The notes under the pieces were generated by a model. The model made no database searches. It was not told the origin of the DNA and saw only the letters and a list, made by a program, of their open reading frames with translations. A program made the translations under genes and the position numbers. Below are positions 1 to 9,974 of a DNA stretch of 64,000 nt, piece after piece. The first letter of the stretch is position 1; every line of letters starts with the position of its first letter. The stretch is from Alphaproteobacteria bacterium (GTDB taxonomy: Bacteria; Pseudomonadota; Alphaproteobacteria; UBA6615): positions 32,001 to 96,000 of the forward strand of contig CBDHEC010000024.1 in the NCBI GenBank assembly GCA_965261975.1, written 5' to 3'.

Positions 1-120
1 CACGTGACCTTTCTCGGGCGTCTGCGCAGCATCGGGCCCGCCCAGCCGATCGAGGATCGTCCGCGCTTCCTTGAACGGCCATGCCTTCGCCGCCAGCAGC
101 ATGTCTTGATCGTTTGTCAT
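1..120 (-). CDS. lysS: Class I lysine--tRNA ligase, N-terminal 40 codons (runs off the window edge)
   Basis: Manual translation of the minus strand from ATG at 120 gives MTNDQDMLLAAKAWPFKEARTILDRLGGPDAAQTPEKGHV. AWPFxEAR...PEKGxV is the typical N-terminus of alphaproteobacterial LysRS1. Not in the ORF track. Confidence 0.85.
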   Translation of the reverse strand, partial: MTNDQDMLLAAKAWPFKEARTILDRLGGPDAAQTPEKGHV

Positions 121-212
121 ATGCCCGTTTTCATCCGCCAAATTACGTGCGGCGGAAACTAGGCGCGGGCCGGAATCAGGTCAACCGCCGCGGACAAAAC
201 GACATGACCGCA

Positions 213-485
213 TCAAATCGTCAAGTTGAGGCGCGCGGCTCGGTCGGACAGGGGAAACGACCGATCGACCAGCAGCTCGGTCGGTGTGCGGTCTACCCAC
301 GGCTCGGGTGGGTCCGAGGCTTGGTGAGGCGCTTCGGCCGGATAGCCGGAGCCCTGGTTACCCGAACCGTCACCCGACGTATCGGCCGCCGGCGCCAGCG
401 CGTCGGCCGTGGGGGCAGCCGAGGGGTTGCGCGCCGGCTCCGGGACCAACGTCGATACCTGACTTATGGAACCGAGATCCATCAT
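213..485 (-). CDS. Small low-complexity hypothetical protein (about 90 aa)
   Basis: Part of ORF 213..629. A likely start MMDLGSISQV follows a GGAGCAAGG purine-rich RBS; Pro/Ala/Ser-rich; ends RLNLTI; fills the gap between lysS and dinG. Confidence 0.45.
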   Translation of the reverse strand: MMDLGSISQVSTLVPEPARNPSAAPTADALAPAADTSGDGSGNQGSGYPAEAPHQASDPPEPWVDRTPTELLVDRSFPLSDRAARLNLTI

Positions 486-682
486 CCTTGCTCCGTCCTT
501 GCACCATCCTGGGCAATCGGCTTCGCACCCGGTTAGGGCCACGATCAGCGTCATGAATGTGATGCTTTTGTTCGACGGGGTCATGCACCTTCGTCGGTGA
601 ATTGTGAAAAGTACGCGCGGCATTCTCACAAAGCTTTAGGGATCGCTTTCGGGATTCGGGGCCTCCCCGGTAATGTCCCCCG

Positions 683-3472
683 ATGAGTGAGACGCCTTTT
701 CCCTCCAACGATGTACGCGCCATCGATCTGCCCGCGCTCGTCGCCGGGCGCAGCTTCGCGACCTGGCGCAAACCCGGCGGTGCGCGCGACGCACTCGGTG
801 CGGAGGAGGCCGTCCGCCGGGCGCGCGCGCAACCACCCGTGCTGTGTCACGGTCCGGCCACGGCACGGCGTCTGGGAACCGATTATATCGACGGCTATGA
901 CGTGCTCGAATTGTTCGCCTTCGTCCGCCCGGCCGAATTCACCCTTCCCACTGTCCGGGGGGTCGCACGCACGCTCGGAATATCTGAACCCGAGGATGCC
1001 GACGCGCTGATCGCCATCGCCGACCGCCTGCTGACCGACCTGTCCGATGACCGACAGGGCTATGAAGATGCGGCGGCCATTGCCCGAGCCCTGCAGTGCG
1101 CCGGCTGGTTGTGGGCGCCGCTGGTCCTGGCGGCCCTGGACACGACGGCCTGGCCTGACAACAGCGATAACCGCGTCCCCGGCGCACTGGCCGTTTGGCG
1201 CGAGGTTCCCGAATGGGGCGAGACCGCCCCCGAACCGCCCCCCGGCAACGACCCTGTCTCCGCCGAAGAAGCGCAGAACCGGTTGGCGTTTCTGATCGGC
1301 AGCGACGCGGAAAGCCGCGAGGGACAACGCGACTATGCGGCCGCCACCGCCGAGGCGTTTGCGCCACGCGCGGCCGAAGACAGCCCCAACATCGTCCTTG
1401 CCGAGGCGGGCACCGGCACGGGCAAGACATTGGGCTATATCGCGCCGGCCAGCATCTGGTCCGAGAAGAACGCCGGGCCTGTCTGGATCAGCACCTACAC
1501 CCGCAACCTGCAGCAGCAGATCGACCAGGAGCTGGGCCGCCTTTACCCGGACCCGGACGAAAAGGCGCGACAAGTGGTGATCCGTAAGGGCCGCGAGAAT
1601 TACCTGTGCCTGCTGAACCTCGAGGATGCCGCCGGGCGGTTCACCACATTGCAGCGCCGCAATGCGCTGGGCGTTGCCCTGACCGCGCGCTGGGTGCAGG
1701 CCACCCGCGACGGCGACCTGGGCGGGGATTTTCCCGCATGGCTGGTCGACCTCGTGGGTGTGCCGCCGACCCTGGGCCTGTCTGACCGACGCGGCGAGTG
1801 CATCTATTCTGCCTGCAGCCACTACAGCCGCTGCTTCGTCGAACATTCGGTCCGCAAGGCCCGCAAGGCCCGGCTGGTCGTCGCCAACCACGCGCTGGTC
1901 ATGATCCAGGCGGCACTCGGTGCCGGTGACGGCGGGGGCGACGGGGCAAACGTCCCGTCACGCTACGTCTTCGACGAGGGACATCATATTTTCGACGCCG
2001 CCGATTCAGCCTTCGCCGCCCATCTCAGCGGCCGCGAGATGGCCGAACTGCGTCGCTGGCTGCTCGGCAATGAAGGTAGCGGGCGGCGGCGGCCCGGCGG
2101 GCGGGCGCGCGGCCTGCGCGAGCGTGCCGAAGACCTGATCGCGGCAGAGGATACCGATGCTGCCGACGCGCTCGCAGCGGCGCTCGAGGCAGCACAAATC
2201 CTGCCCGCGCCCGGCTGGCTCAATCGCCTGTCAGGCGCGATGACCGAGGGACCGGCCGAGGCCTTTCTTGCCGAGGTTCGCGAACAGGTCTTCGCCCGCG
2301 CCAAGTCCGGCGATGGCCCCTATTCTCTCGAAACCGAGGTTCGACCCCCTTCCGACGGCATGCCCGACGCCGCCGCGGCATTGCGCGAGCATCTCGTCGC
2401 CCTGGCCACGCCGCTGCGCAAGCTCTGCGCCCGGTTGATCCACCGGCTTGATGCCGACGCCGACGAACTCGACAGCGCCACGCGCGTGCGGATCGAGGCG
2501 GTCGCCCGTGCGCTACAACGGCGCGCGGAGATGCTGATCGGCGCCTGGATCGACATGCTGGATGCGATCAACGAGCCGGTGTCGAGCGCCTTCGTGGACT
2601 GGATCGAGGTCGAGCGGATCGACGGCCGCGAGCTCGACGCCGGGCTGTACCGTCACTGGATCGACCCCACCGAACCCTTTGCCCAAGCGATGGCACCCAT
2701 CGCCCACGGCATGGTCATCACGTCGGCCACGCTGACCGACCGGACTCGCAGCACAGACCCAGACGAACCTGACGAGGCGGCCACCGACTGGGCAAGTGCG
2801 GATGCGCGCACGGGTGCGGTGCATTTTCCGTTGCCCGCGCTTCACGCCCGCGTCGCCTCCCCCTTCGACTATGCCGAACAAACCCGCGTGTTCGTCATCA
2901 CCGATGTGCGCCGAAACGATGCGGACCAGGTGGCGGCCGCCATGCGCGAGCTGTTCATTGCGTCCGGCGGCGGCGGGCTCGGCCTGTTCACGTCGATCGC
3001 GCGCTTGCGCCAGGTCCATACGCGCATCGCCGACGCGCTCGACGCCGCCGGACTGCCGCTCTACGCCCAGCATGTGGATTCCCTGAACGTGGCCACCCTG
3101 ATCGATATTTTCCGCGCCGAGACCGACGCCTGCCTGCTGGGCACCGACGCCGTTCGAGACGGCGTCGACGTGCCGGGACGTTCGCTACGTATGCTCGCCT
3201 TCGACCGCATCCCCTGGCCGCGCCCGACGATCCTGCACCGCGCACGACGCGAGGCGTTTGGCGGCCGGGACCATGATGACCTCATCGCACGGCTGCGCCT
3301 GTCGCAGGCCTATGGAAGGCTCATCCGGCGCAAGGGCGACAAGGGCGTATTTACGATCCTCGACGCCGCGACACCCACGCGCCTGTTCGGTGCGTTTCCC
3401 GACGGCGTGGTGCCCGAGCGGGTCGGACTGGTCGATGCCATCGAGGCGACGGAAGATTTTCTGTCCCGCTAG
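683..3472 (+). CDS. dinG: ATP-dependent DNA helicase, DinG/YoaA family with Fe-S cluster
   Basis: Q motif (REGQ), Walker A AGTGTGKT, KGRENYLC...C-x4-C-x5-C Fe-S ligands, VVANHAL, DEGH, TSATL, GVDVPG, QAYGRLIR. Confidence 0.92.
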   Translation: MSETPFPSNDVRAIDLPALVAGRSFATWRKPGGARDALGAEEAVRRARAQPPVLCHGPATARRLGTDYIDGYDVLELFAFVRPAEFTLPTVRGVARTLGISEPEDADALIAIADRLLTDLSDDRQGYEDAAAIARALQCAGWLWAPLVLAALDTTAWPDNSDNRVPGALAVWREVPEWGETAPEPPPGNDPVSAEEAQNRLAFLIGSDAESREGQRDYAAATAEAFAPRAAEDSPNIVLAEAGTGTGKTLGYIAPASIWSEKNAGPVWISTYTRNLQQQIDQELGRLYPDPDEKARQVVIRKGRENYLCLLNLEDAAGRFTTLQRRNALGVALTARWVQATRDGDLGGDFPAWLVDLVGVPPTLGLSDRRGECIYSACSHYSRCFVEHSVRKARKARLVVANHALVMIQAALGAGDGGGDGANVPSRYVFDEGHHIFDAADSAFAAHLSGREMAELRRWLLGNEGSGRRRPGGRARGLRERAEDLIAAEDTDAADALAAALEAAQILPAPGWLNRLSGAMTEGPAEAFLAEVREQVFARAKSGDGPYSLETEVRPPSDGMPDAAAALREHLVALATPLRKLCARLIHRLDADADELDSATRVRIEAVARALQRRAEMLIGAWIDMLDAINEPVSSAFVDWIEVERIDGRELDAGLYRHWIDPTEPFAQAMAPIAHGMVITSATLTDRTRSTDPDEPDEAATDWASADARTGAVHFPLPALHARVASPFDYAEQTRVFVITDVRRNDADQVAAAMRELFIASGGGGLGLFTSIARLRQVHTRIADALDAAGLPLYAQHVDSLNVATLIDIFRAETDACLLGTDAVRDGVDVPGRSLRMLAFDRIPWPRPTILHRARREAFGGRDHDDLIARLRLSQAYGRLIRRKGDKGVFTILDAATPTRLFGAFPDGVVPERVGLVDAIEATEDFLSR

Positions 3473-4407
3473 CCGGTCCCGAACCAGGCGAGCAACGCGC
3501 TGACGGTCACCACGGACACAATCGTCGAGACGAGAATCGCCGCCGAGCAGCGTTGCACGAAGACCCCGTACTTCTGGGCCACAACGAAGGCGAGCGCCCC
3601 GGTCGGCAAGGCTGCGATCAGTACGACCCCGCGGGTCATTTCGAAATCAAGCGCGAAGACCTCCACGGCCAGCCACCATGTGGCCAGCGGCTGGCCGATC
3701 AGCTTCACGAACACCATCCAGCCGACTTCCGGTGCGCCACTCGTGATCGGCTTGCCGACCATGAACAGACCCATCGCGAACAGGGCACAGGGCGCGGCCG
3801 CCGCCCCCATCAGCGTAAGGAAGTTGGAGGCCGGCTCCGGCAGGCCGAGGCCCGACCAAGACCACAGGATGCCAGCCAGGGGCGCCAGGAAAAGCGGTCC
3901 GCGCACCACCGCACCGACGGCGTTCGCGAACACGCGCAACGGCGAAGGTCCACTCCCGCCGTCCATCTCGATCAACAGTATCGTCAACCCGAGCAACACC
4001 GCATTGTTGACCGCCGTTGCGATCACGGCCGGCAGCGCGCCATCGGGCCCGAACGCGGCCAGGAACAGCGGGATACCCATATAGCCGGTGTTGGCGAACA
4101 CACCTGTTAATCCGTGGAGAGTGACGCCGCTCAAACTGTTGCGGAACAGCGTACGTGCGAGGACAAGCGACGGGATCGCGACGATCGCCATGCCGCCCAG
4201 AAGGGTCCAGATGAACGGCCAGTCGAAAATCTCGCGGACGGGCACGCTCGCCATCGACAGGAACAGGACCGGCGGCAGGGCAAACCAGTAGACAAAGGCG
4301 TTCAACGCCTCTGAACTCGCCTCTCCGAGAATACGGAATCGCCCGGCGAGGTAACCCGCAAACATGATTGCAAAAACCGGAACGGCGACATTGATTACGG
4401 CAGACAT
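3469..4407 (-). CDS. AEC (auxin efflux carrier/MdcF-like) family transporter
   Basis: About 10 hydrophobic helices, FVYWFALP, NTGYMGIP, KLIGQP and ALPTG motifs. Confidence 0.88.
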   Translation of the reverse strand: MSAVINVAVPVFAIMFAGYLAGRFRILGEASSEALNAFVYWFALPPVLFLSMASVPVREIFDWPFIWTLLGGMAIVAIPSLVLARTLFRNSLSGVTLHGLTGVFANTGYMGIPLFLAAFGPDGALPAVIATAVNNAVLLGLTILLIEMDGGSGPSPLRVFANAVGAVVRGPLFLAPLAGILWSWSGLGLPEPASNFLTLMGAAAAPCALFAMGLFMVGKPITSGAPEVGWMVFVKLIGQPLATWWLAVEVFALDFEMTRGVVLIAALPTGALAFVVAQKYGVFVQRCSAAILVSTIVSVVTVSALLAWFGTG

Positions 4408-4534
4408 AAGACCAACCTATTGGGGGTCCGAGGCCGTGTCGATACGGACTTTCGGCGAACCCCGCGAAGACCGCTTGACGCCACGCCCCCCGGCCGCTTT
4501 AACGAGCCACGCACCATTAAGGAAGCAACTTGAA

Positions 4535-4939
4535 ATGATCGATTCCCAGACCGCCCTCGTCTACACCATGGTCATGGTCTCCGCCGCCGACAGCGACATG
4601 ACCGATTCCGAAATTGGCCGGATTGGCGAAATGGTCAGCCAGCTGCCGGTTTTCTCCGGCTTCGACACCGAACAGCTCACGGATATCGCGCGCGACTGCG
4701 CGGACCTGCTGTCCAAGGAGGACGGGCTGGACGATGCGATCGGCCAGATCCGCGACGCGCTTCCCGAACGGCTGCGCGATACCGCCTATGTTCTCGCCTG
4801 CGACATCGCCATAGCCGATGAAAAGGCAAGTCAGGAAGAGCTGCGTCTACTGGAGATGCTGCGCCATTCGCTGAACATCGAGCGCCTGACCGCCGCCGCC
4901 ATCGAGCGGGCCGCGCGCGCGCGTTACGCGCCCATCTAG
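4535..4939 (+). CDS. Tellurite resistance TerB family protein
   Basis: MVSAADSDMTDSE...AYVLACDIAIAD...EELRLLEMLR...AAAIERAARAR pattern; start chosen at ATG 4535 after an AAGGAAG RBS. Confidence 0.85.
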   Translation: MIDSQTALVYTMVMVSAADSDMTDSEIGRIGEMVSQLPVFSGFDTEQLTDIARDCADLLSKEDGLDDAIGQIRDALPERLRDTAYVLACDIAIADEKASQEELRLLEMLRHSLNIERLTAAAIERAARARYAPI

Positions 4940-4953
4940 GCCACGAGCATATC

Positions 4954-5835
4954 TTGGCCAACCTCGACGGCATGAAGATCGGTTTCATCGGCCTCGGCCT
5001 GATGGGCAAGCCGATGGCCCGCAACCTGTTCGATGCCGGCGCGTCCGTCACGGTGACGAGCCGCAGCCCCGGCCCGGCCGAAGAGTTGGCGGCGCTCGGC
5101 ATGAACACCGCGCCCACCCCGCGCGATGTGGCTGCAGCAAGCGACATCACCATCCTCATGGTTACCGACACGCCATCGGTGGACAAAGTCCTGCATGGTG
5201 AGAACGGTGTGTTCGCAGGGTTGTCCGCCGGAAAAACCGTTATCGACATGGGCACCACCAAGGTGCGCGAGACCCGCGCCTGGGCCGAGGAGGCAAGGGC
5301 GCTGGGTGCGGACTATGTCGACGCTCCGGTCTCCGGCGGCACCGTGGGCGCAGAGGCCGGCAATCTGACGATCATGGTCGGGGCCGCCGACGACGCGTTC
5401 CCGAAGGTCGCGCCGGTGTTTGCCGTGCTCGGCCAGAACGTGACTCACATCGGCGATGTCGGTGCCGGCCAGGTGACCAAGACCGCCAACCAGGCGATCG
5501 TCGGGGTCACGCTCGCCGCGGTCGCGGAGGGGCTGACGCTGGCCGCGCGCGCCGGCGTCGACCCGGCCAAGGTGCGCGAAGCACTGCTCGGCGGCTTTGC
5601 CGAATCCCGGGTGCTCGACCTGCATGGCGGGCGCATGGTCGAACGCGCCTTCGAGCCCCATGGCCGCGCCTCCGTGCATCACAAGGACATCCTCCAGGCC
5701 CTGGAACTGGCCGAACAGGTCGGTATCGATCTCCTGTCGGTGAAGACAAATCTCGAACTCTGGCAAAAGATGATGGACCGGGGGTGGGCCGATCTCGACC
5801 AGGCCGGCATCATCCGCGCGGTCGAGGAAGAGTAG
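4954..5835 (+). CDS. NAD(P)-dependent beta-hydroxyacid dehydrogenase (2-hydroxy-3-oxopropionate reductase / 3-hydroxyisobutyrate dehydrogenase family)
   Basis: IGFIGLGLMGKPMA Rossmann motif, DAPVSGG, GAGQVTKTANQ with the catalytic Lys. Confidence 0.9.
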   Translation: MANLDGMKIGFIGLGLMGKPMARNLFDAGASVTVTSRSPGPAEELAALGMNTAPTPRDVAAASDITILMVTDTPSVDKVLHGENGVFAGLSAGKTVIDMGTTKVRETRAWAEEARALGADYVDAPVSGGTVGAEAGNLTIMVGAADDAFPKVAPVFAVLGQNVTHIGDVGAGQVTKTANQAIVGVTLAAVAEGLTLAARAGVDPAKVREALLGGFAESRVLDLHGGRMVERAFEPHGRASVHHKDILQALELAEQVGIDLLSVKTNLELWQKMMDRGWADLDQAGIIRAVEEE

Positions 5836-5877
5836 CCCCGCCGCGCATCCTTCGCCGTATCGCCAAGAACCCCTGAT

Positions 5878-5916
5878 AGAAAAAGGGCCGCACCGTTGCC
5901 GGTGCGGCCCTCTTTG
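5878..5916. terminator. Probable bidirectional intrinsic terminator between convergent genes
   Basis: AGGGCCGCACCG-ttgc-CGGTGCGGCCCT, a 12-bp perfect stem with an A-run on the left (U-tract for groEL) and CTTTGT on the right. Confidence 0.85.
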
Positions 5917-5937
5917 TCTTGTCCGGTAGGGACTGGC

Positions 5938-7617
<1,680 letters not shown>

Positions 7618-7932
7618 TTAAGCGGCCTTCTTGGATTTCTTCTTGGCCTCGATGACACCCATGATGTCGGACTCCTTCATGATCAGGAGTTCCTCGCCAT
7701 CGATCGAAACTTCCGTGCCCGACCACTTGCCGAACAGGACCCGATCACCGGCCTTCACATCCATGGCAATGGCCTTGCCATCTTCGGTGCGGCCGCCGGG
7801 GCCCACGGAGACGACTTCGCCTTCCGAAGGTTTTTCCTGGGCCGTATCCGGAATAATGATGCCACCCGCCGTCTTTTCGTCGGAACCGACGCGACGCACC
7901 ACTACCCGGTCATGCAAAGGGCGAAAGCTCAT
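7618..7932 (-). CDS. groES: Co-chaperonin GroES
   Basis: [14 protein letters not shown]...[13 protein letters not shown]...GKWSGTE; start at ATG 7932 after an AGGAGG RBS. Confidence 0.99.
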   Translation of the reverse strand: MSFRPLHDRVVVRRVGSDEKTAGGIIIPDTAQEKPSEGEVVSVGPGGRTEDGKAIAMDVKAGDRVLFGKWSGTEVSIDGEELLIMKESDIMGVIEAKKKSKKAA

Positions 7933-7982
7933 CCCCTTATCCTCCTGTAATATATGAATATTTTCGCGGTCTCGCCGAGTTA

Positions 7983-8009
7983 ATAGCACTCATCCCGCGT
8001 GAGTGCCAG
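7983..8009. promoter_or_regulatory. CIRCE (HrcA operator) upstream of groES
   Basis: ATAGCACTC-N9-GAGTGCCAG versus the consensus TTAGCACTC-N9-GAGTGCTAA, directly downstream of the groES promoter. Confidence 0.88.
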
Positions 8010-8011
8010 AC

Positions 8012-8039
8012 AGGTAGTGGTCCGGCTGGCCTCTGTCAA
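8012..8039 (-). promoter_or_regulatory. Putative groESL promoter (-35 TTGACA, -10 CTACCT)
   Basis: Minus strand reads TTGACA-16 nt-CTACCT immediately before the CIRCE, the usual layout for alphaproteobacterial groE. Confidence 0.6.
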
Positions 8040-8094
8040 CCCGCGGTCAGCGTGGAAATCGAACTTTTTTTGCCGCCGGCAACCCGGTCCGTTA

Positions 8095-8121
8095 GCAGCA
8101 CTCGACGCCGATCGGTGCTAA
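8095..8121. promoter_or_regulatory. Second CIRCE-like element, on the usg side
   Basis: GCAGCACTC-N9-CGGTGCTAA: correct 9-nt spacer, 7/9 match in each arm. Confidence 0.6.
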
Positions 8122-8220
8122 TGCCTTGTTGTTAAACGTTTTTGTTGCCGATGCGGCTGTCCCTCGGGATAATTCTGATCACCTGGCGATTCGGTTTGTT
8201 CAACCATTGAGGTGTCAGCG

Positions 8221-8487
8221 ATGCAAAGGAACATGGCGTTACAGATGGAAGGGTGGCGGATGACCACCGCCGAGATCATCTATCACATGCCCGATCACCC
8301 CGGCATTCTCCAGAGTTTCGTCTGGCAAAAGCTCGACTACCCGCCGGCGTTTCCCAAGCTGCACAAGTTCCTGGATTTCTGGACCGAGAATCTCGACGGG
8401 CCGCTGCATTCGGTCCGCGTCGGGCACACCGAGATCATCGCGCCGCCGAAGTTCCGCAACGTCGAAAAGTCGTTCGACCTGCACTGA
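8221..8487 (+). CDS. usg: Usg-family protein
   Basis: TTAEIIYHMPDHP..LQSFVWQ..D..P.FP.L..FLDFW...LDGPLHSV signature; divergent from groES. Confidence 0.88.
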   Translation: MQRNMALQMEGWRMTTAEIIYHMPDHPGILQSFVWQKLDYPPAFPKLHKFLDFWTENLDGPLHSVRVGHTEIIAPPKFRNVEKSFDLH

Positions 8488-8502
8488 GTATCTCGCCCCG
8501 GT

Positions 8503-9216
8503 TCAGGGCGTCAGATAGGCCTCGCGCACGCTCTCGTCGGCCGCGATGTCCGCGATCGGTCCCTCGACGAGAATACGGCCCCGCTCGATGACCGCGGCCC
8601 GGCTCGCCACATGGGTGGCGAACCGGACATTCTGCTCGGACAGAAGAACCGTCAGTCCCTCGGCCGCGAGCGTGCCTATCGTCGCGGCGATCTGCTGCAC
8701 GATCACAGGCGCCAGCCCCTCCGACGGTTCGTCCAACAGGATGATCTGCGGATTGCCCATCAGTGTGCGCGCGATTGTCAGCATCTGCTGTTCGCCACCC
8801 GACAACTGACCGGCCTGGCGATCCCGCATCCCGGCGAGCGGCGGAAACAGATCGAAGATTCTCTCACGGGTCCATGTCGCGCTGTCGCCAACACCGGCGC
8901 GCTCCCCCACGAGGAGGTTTTCGTCCACGCTGAGACCGCCGAAAACCCGCCGCGTCTCCGGCACATAGCCCAGGCCCGCGCGAGCAATCGTGTAGGACGC
9001 CGCCCCCGTCACATCGCGCGCGCCGACAAACACACGCCCGGCGCGCACGTCCACCAGCCCCATGGCCGCCTTGAGGGTCGTCGATTTTCCCGCGCCATTG
9101 CGGCCGAGCAGCACCGTGACCGCCCCGGACGGCACTTCGAGATCGACCCCGAACAGCGCCTGCGCGGTGCCGTAAAAGGCCTCGATCCCCGTTAAACGCA
9201 GCGCCGGATCGCTCAT
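8503..9216 (-). CDS. Branched-chain amino acid-type ABC transporter ATPase (LivF-like)
   Basis: GRNGAGKST, LSGGEQQML, LLDEPSEGLAP. Confidence 0.93.
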   Translation of the reverse strand: MSDPALRLTGIEAFYGTAQALFGVDLEVPSGAVTVLLGRNGAGKSTTLKAAMGLVDVRAGRVFVGARDVTGAASYTIARAGLGYVPETRRVFGGLSVDENLLVGERAGVGDSATWTRERIFDLFPPLAGMRDRQAGQLSGGEQQMLTIARTLMGNPQIILLDEPSEGLAPVIVQQIAATIGTLAAEGLTVLLSEQNVRFATHVASRAAVIERGRILVEGPIADIAADESVREAYLTP

Positions 9217-9974
9217 GTCACCGCCTCGTCGGCATCGAAACTGCCGAGATAGACGGCCTGCACTTTCTCATCCGCGCGAATTTCGTCCGGGCGACCCTCC
9301 GCGATCACCTGGCCCCGGTCGAGAACGATCACCCGGTCCGCATGGCCAAACACGACGTCCATGTCATGTTCGGTGAAAAGCACCGCCACGCCACGCTCCG
9401 CAACCATCAAGTCCACCAAATCCATCATCCCGCCGCGCGCGTCGGCCGCCATGCCCGCCGTGGGCTCGTCCATCAACAGCAGCGAGGGCTGGTTGGTCAT
9501 CGCCACGGCGAGCTCCAGTCGCTTGAGATCGCCATAGGGCAGTTCCACCGTCGCATCGCCGCCACGGGCCGCGAGCCCGACCAGCTCGACCAGCTCCCCG
9601 GCCTCGTCCAGATACCGGTCGCCCAGCCGCCGCAGGAGACCGGTCGCCGCCCCATCGGCTGACGCAAGTGCCACCTGAATATTCTCGACAACCGTCATGC
9701 TGGAGAATGTTGCGGTGATCTGGAAGGTGCGGCCGACACCATGGCGCCAGATCCGGTGCGGCGCATGGCCTGTAACGTCGCGCCCGGAGATATGTATCCG
9801 GCCCTCGTCGGGCGGCAACTGGCCATTGATGCAATTGAACAGGGTCGTTTTGCCCGCACCGTTGGGCCCGATCAACGCGACCCGCTCCCCCTGGCCCACC
9901 GTAAAGGATACGCCGCCGACCGCCTGCACGCCGCCAAACGCCTTGGAAAGTCGTTCGATCTGCAGAACGCTCAT
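9213..9974 (-). CDS. Branched-chain amino acid-type ABC transporter ATPase (LivG-like)
   Basis: GPNGAGKTT, RTFQI, LPYGDLKRLE, LMDEPTAGM, EHDMD; start at ATG 9974 overlapping the upstream stop. Confidence 0.93.
   Translation of the reverse strand: MSVLQIERLSKAFGGVQAVGGVSFTVGQGERVALIGPNGAGKTTLFNCINGQLPPDEGRIHISGRDVTGHAPHRIWRHGVGRTFQITATFSSMTVVENIQVALASADGAATGLLRRLGDRYLDEAGELVELVGLAARGGDATVELPYGDLKRLELAVAMTNQPSLLLMDEPTAGMAADARGGMMDLVDLMVAERGVAVLFTEHDMDVVFGHADRVIVLDRGQVIAEGRPDEIRADEKVQAVYLGSFDADEAVT

Noticed and set aside
683-4939. DinG plus TerB as an anti-phage or type IV CRISPR-associated system
   Set aside because: Both are ordinary alphaproteobacterial forms in a housekeeping lysS context, separated by a transporter, with no cas genes or arrays.
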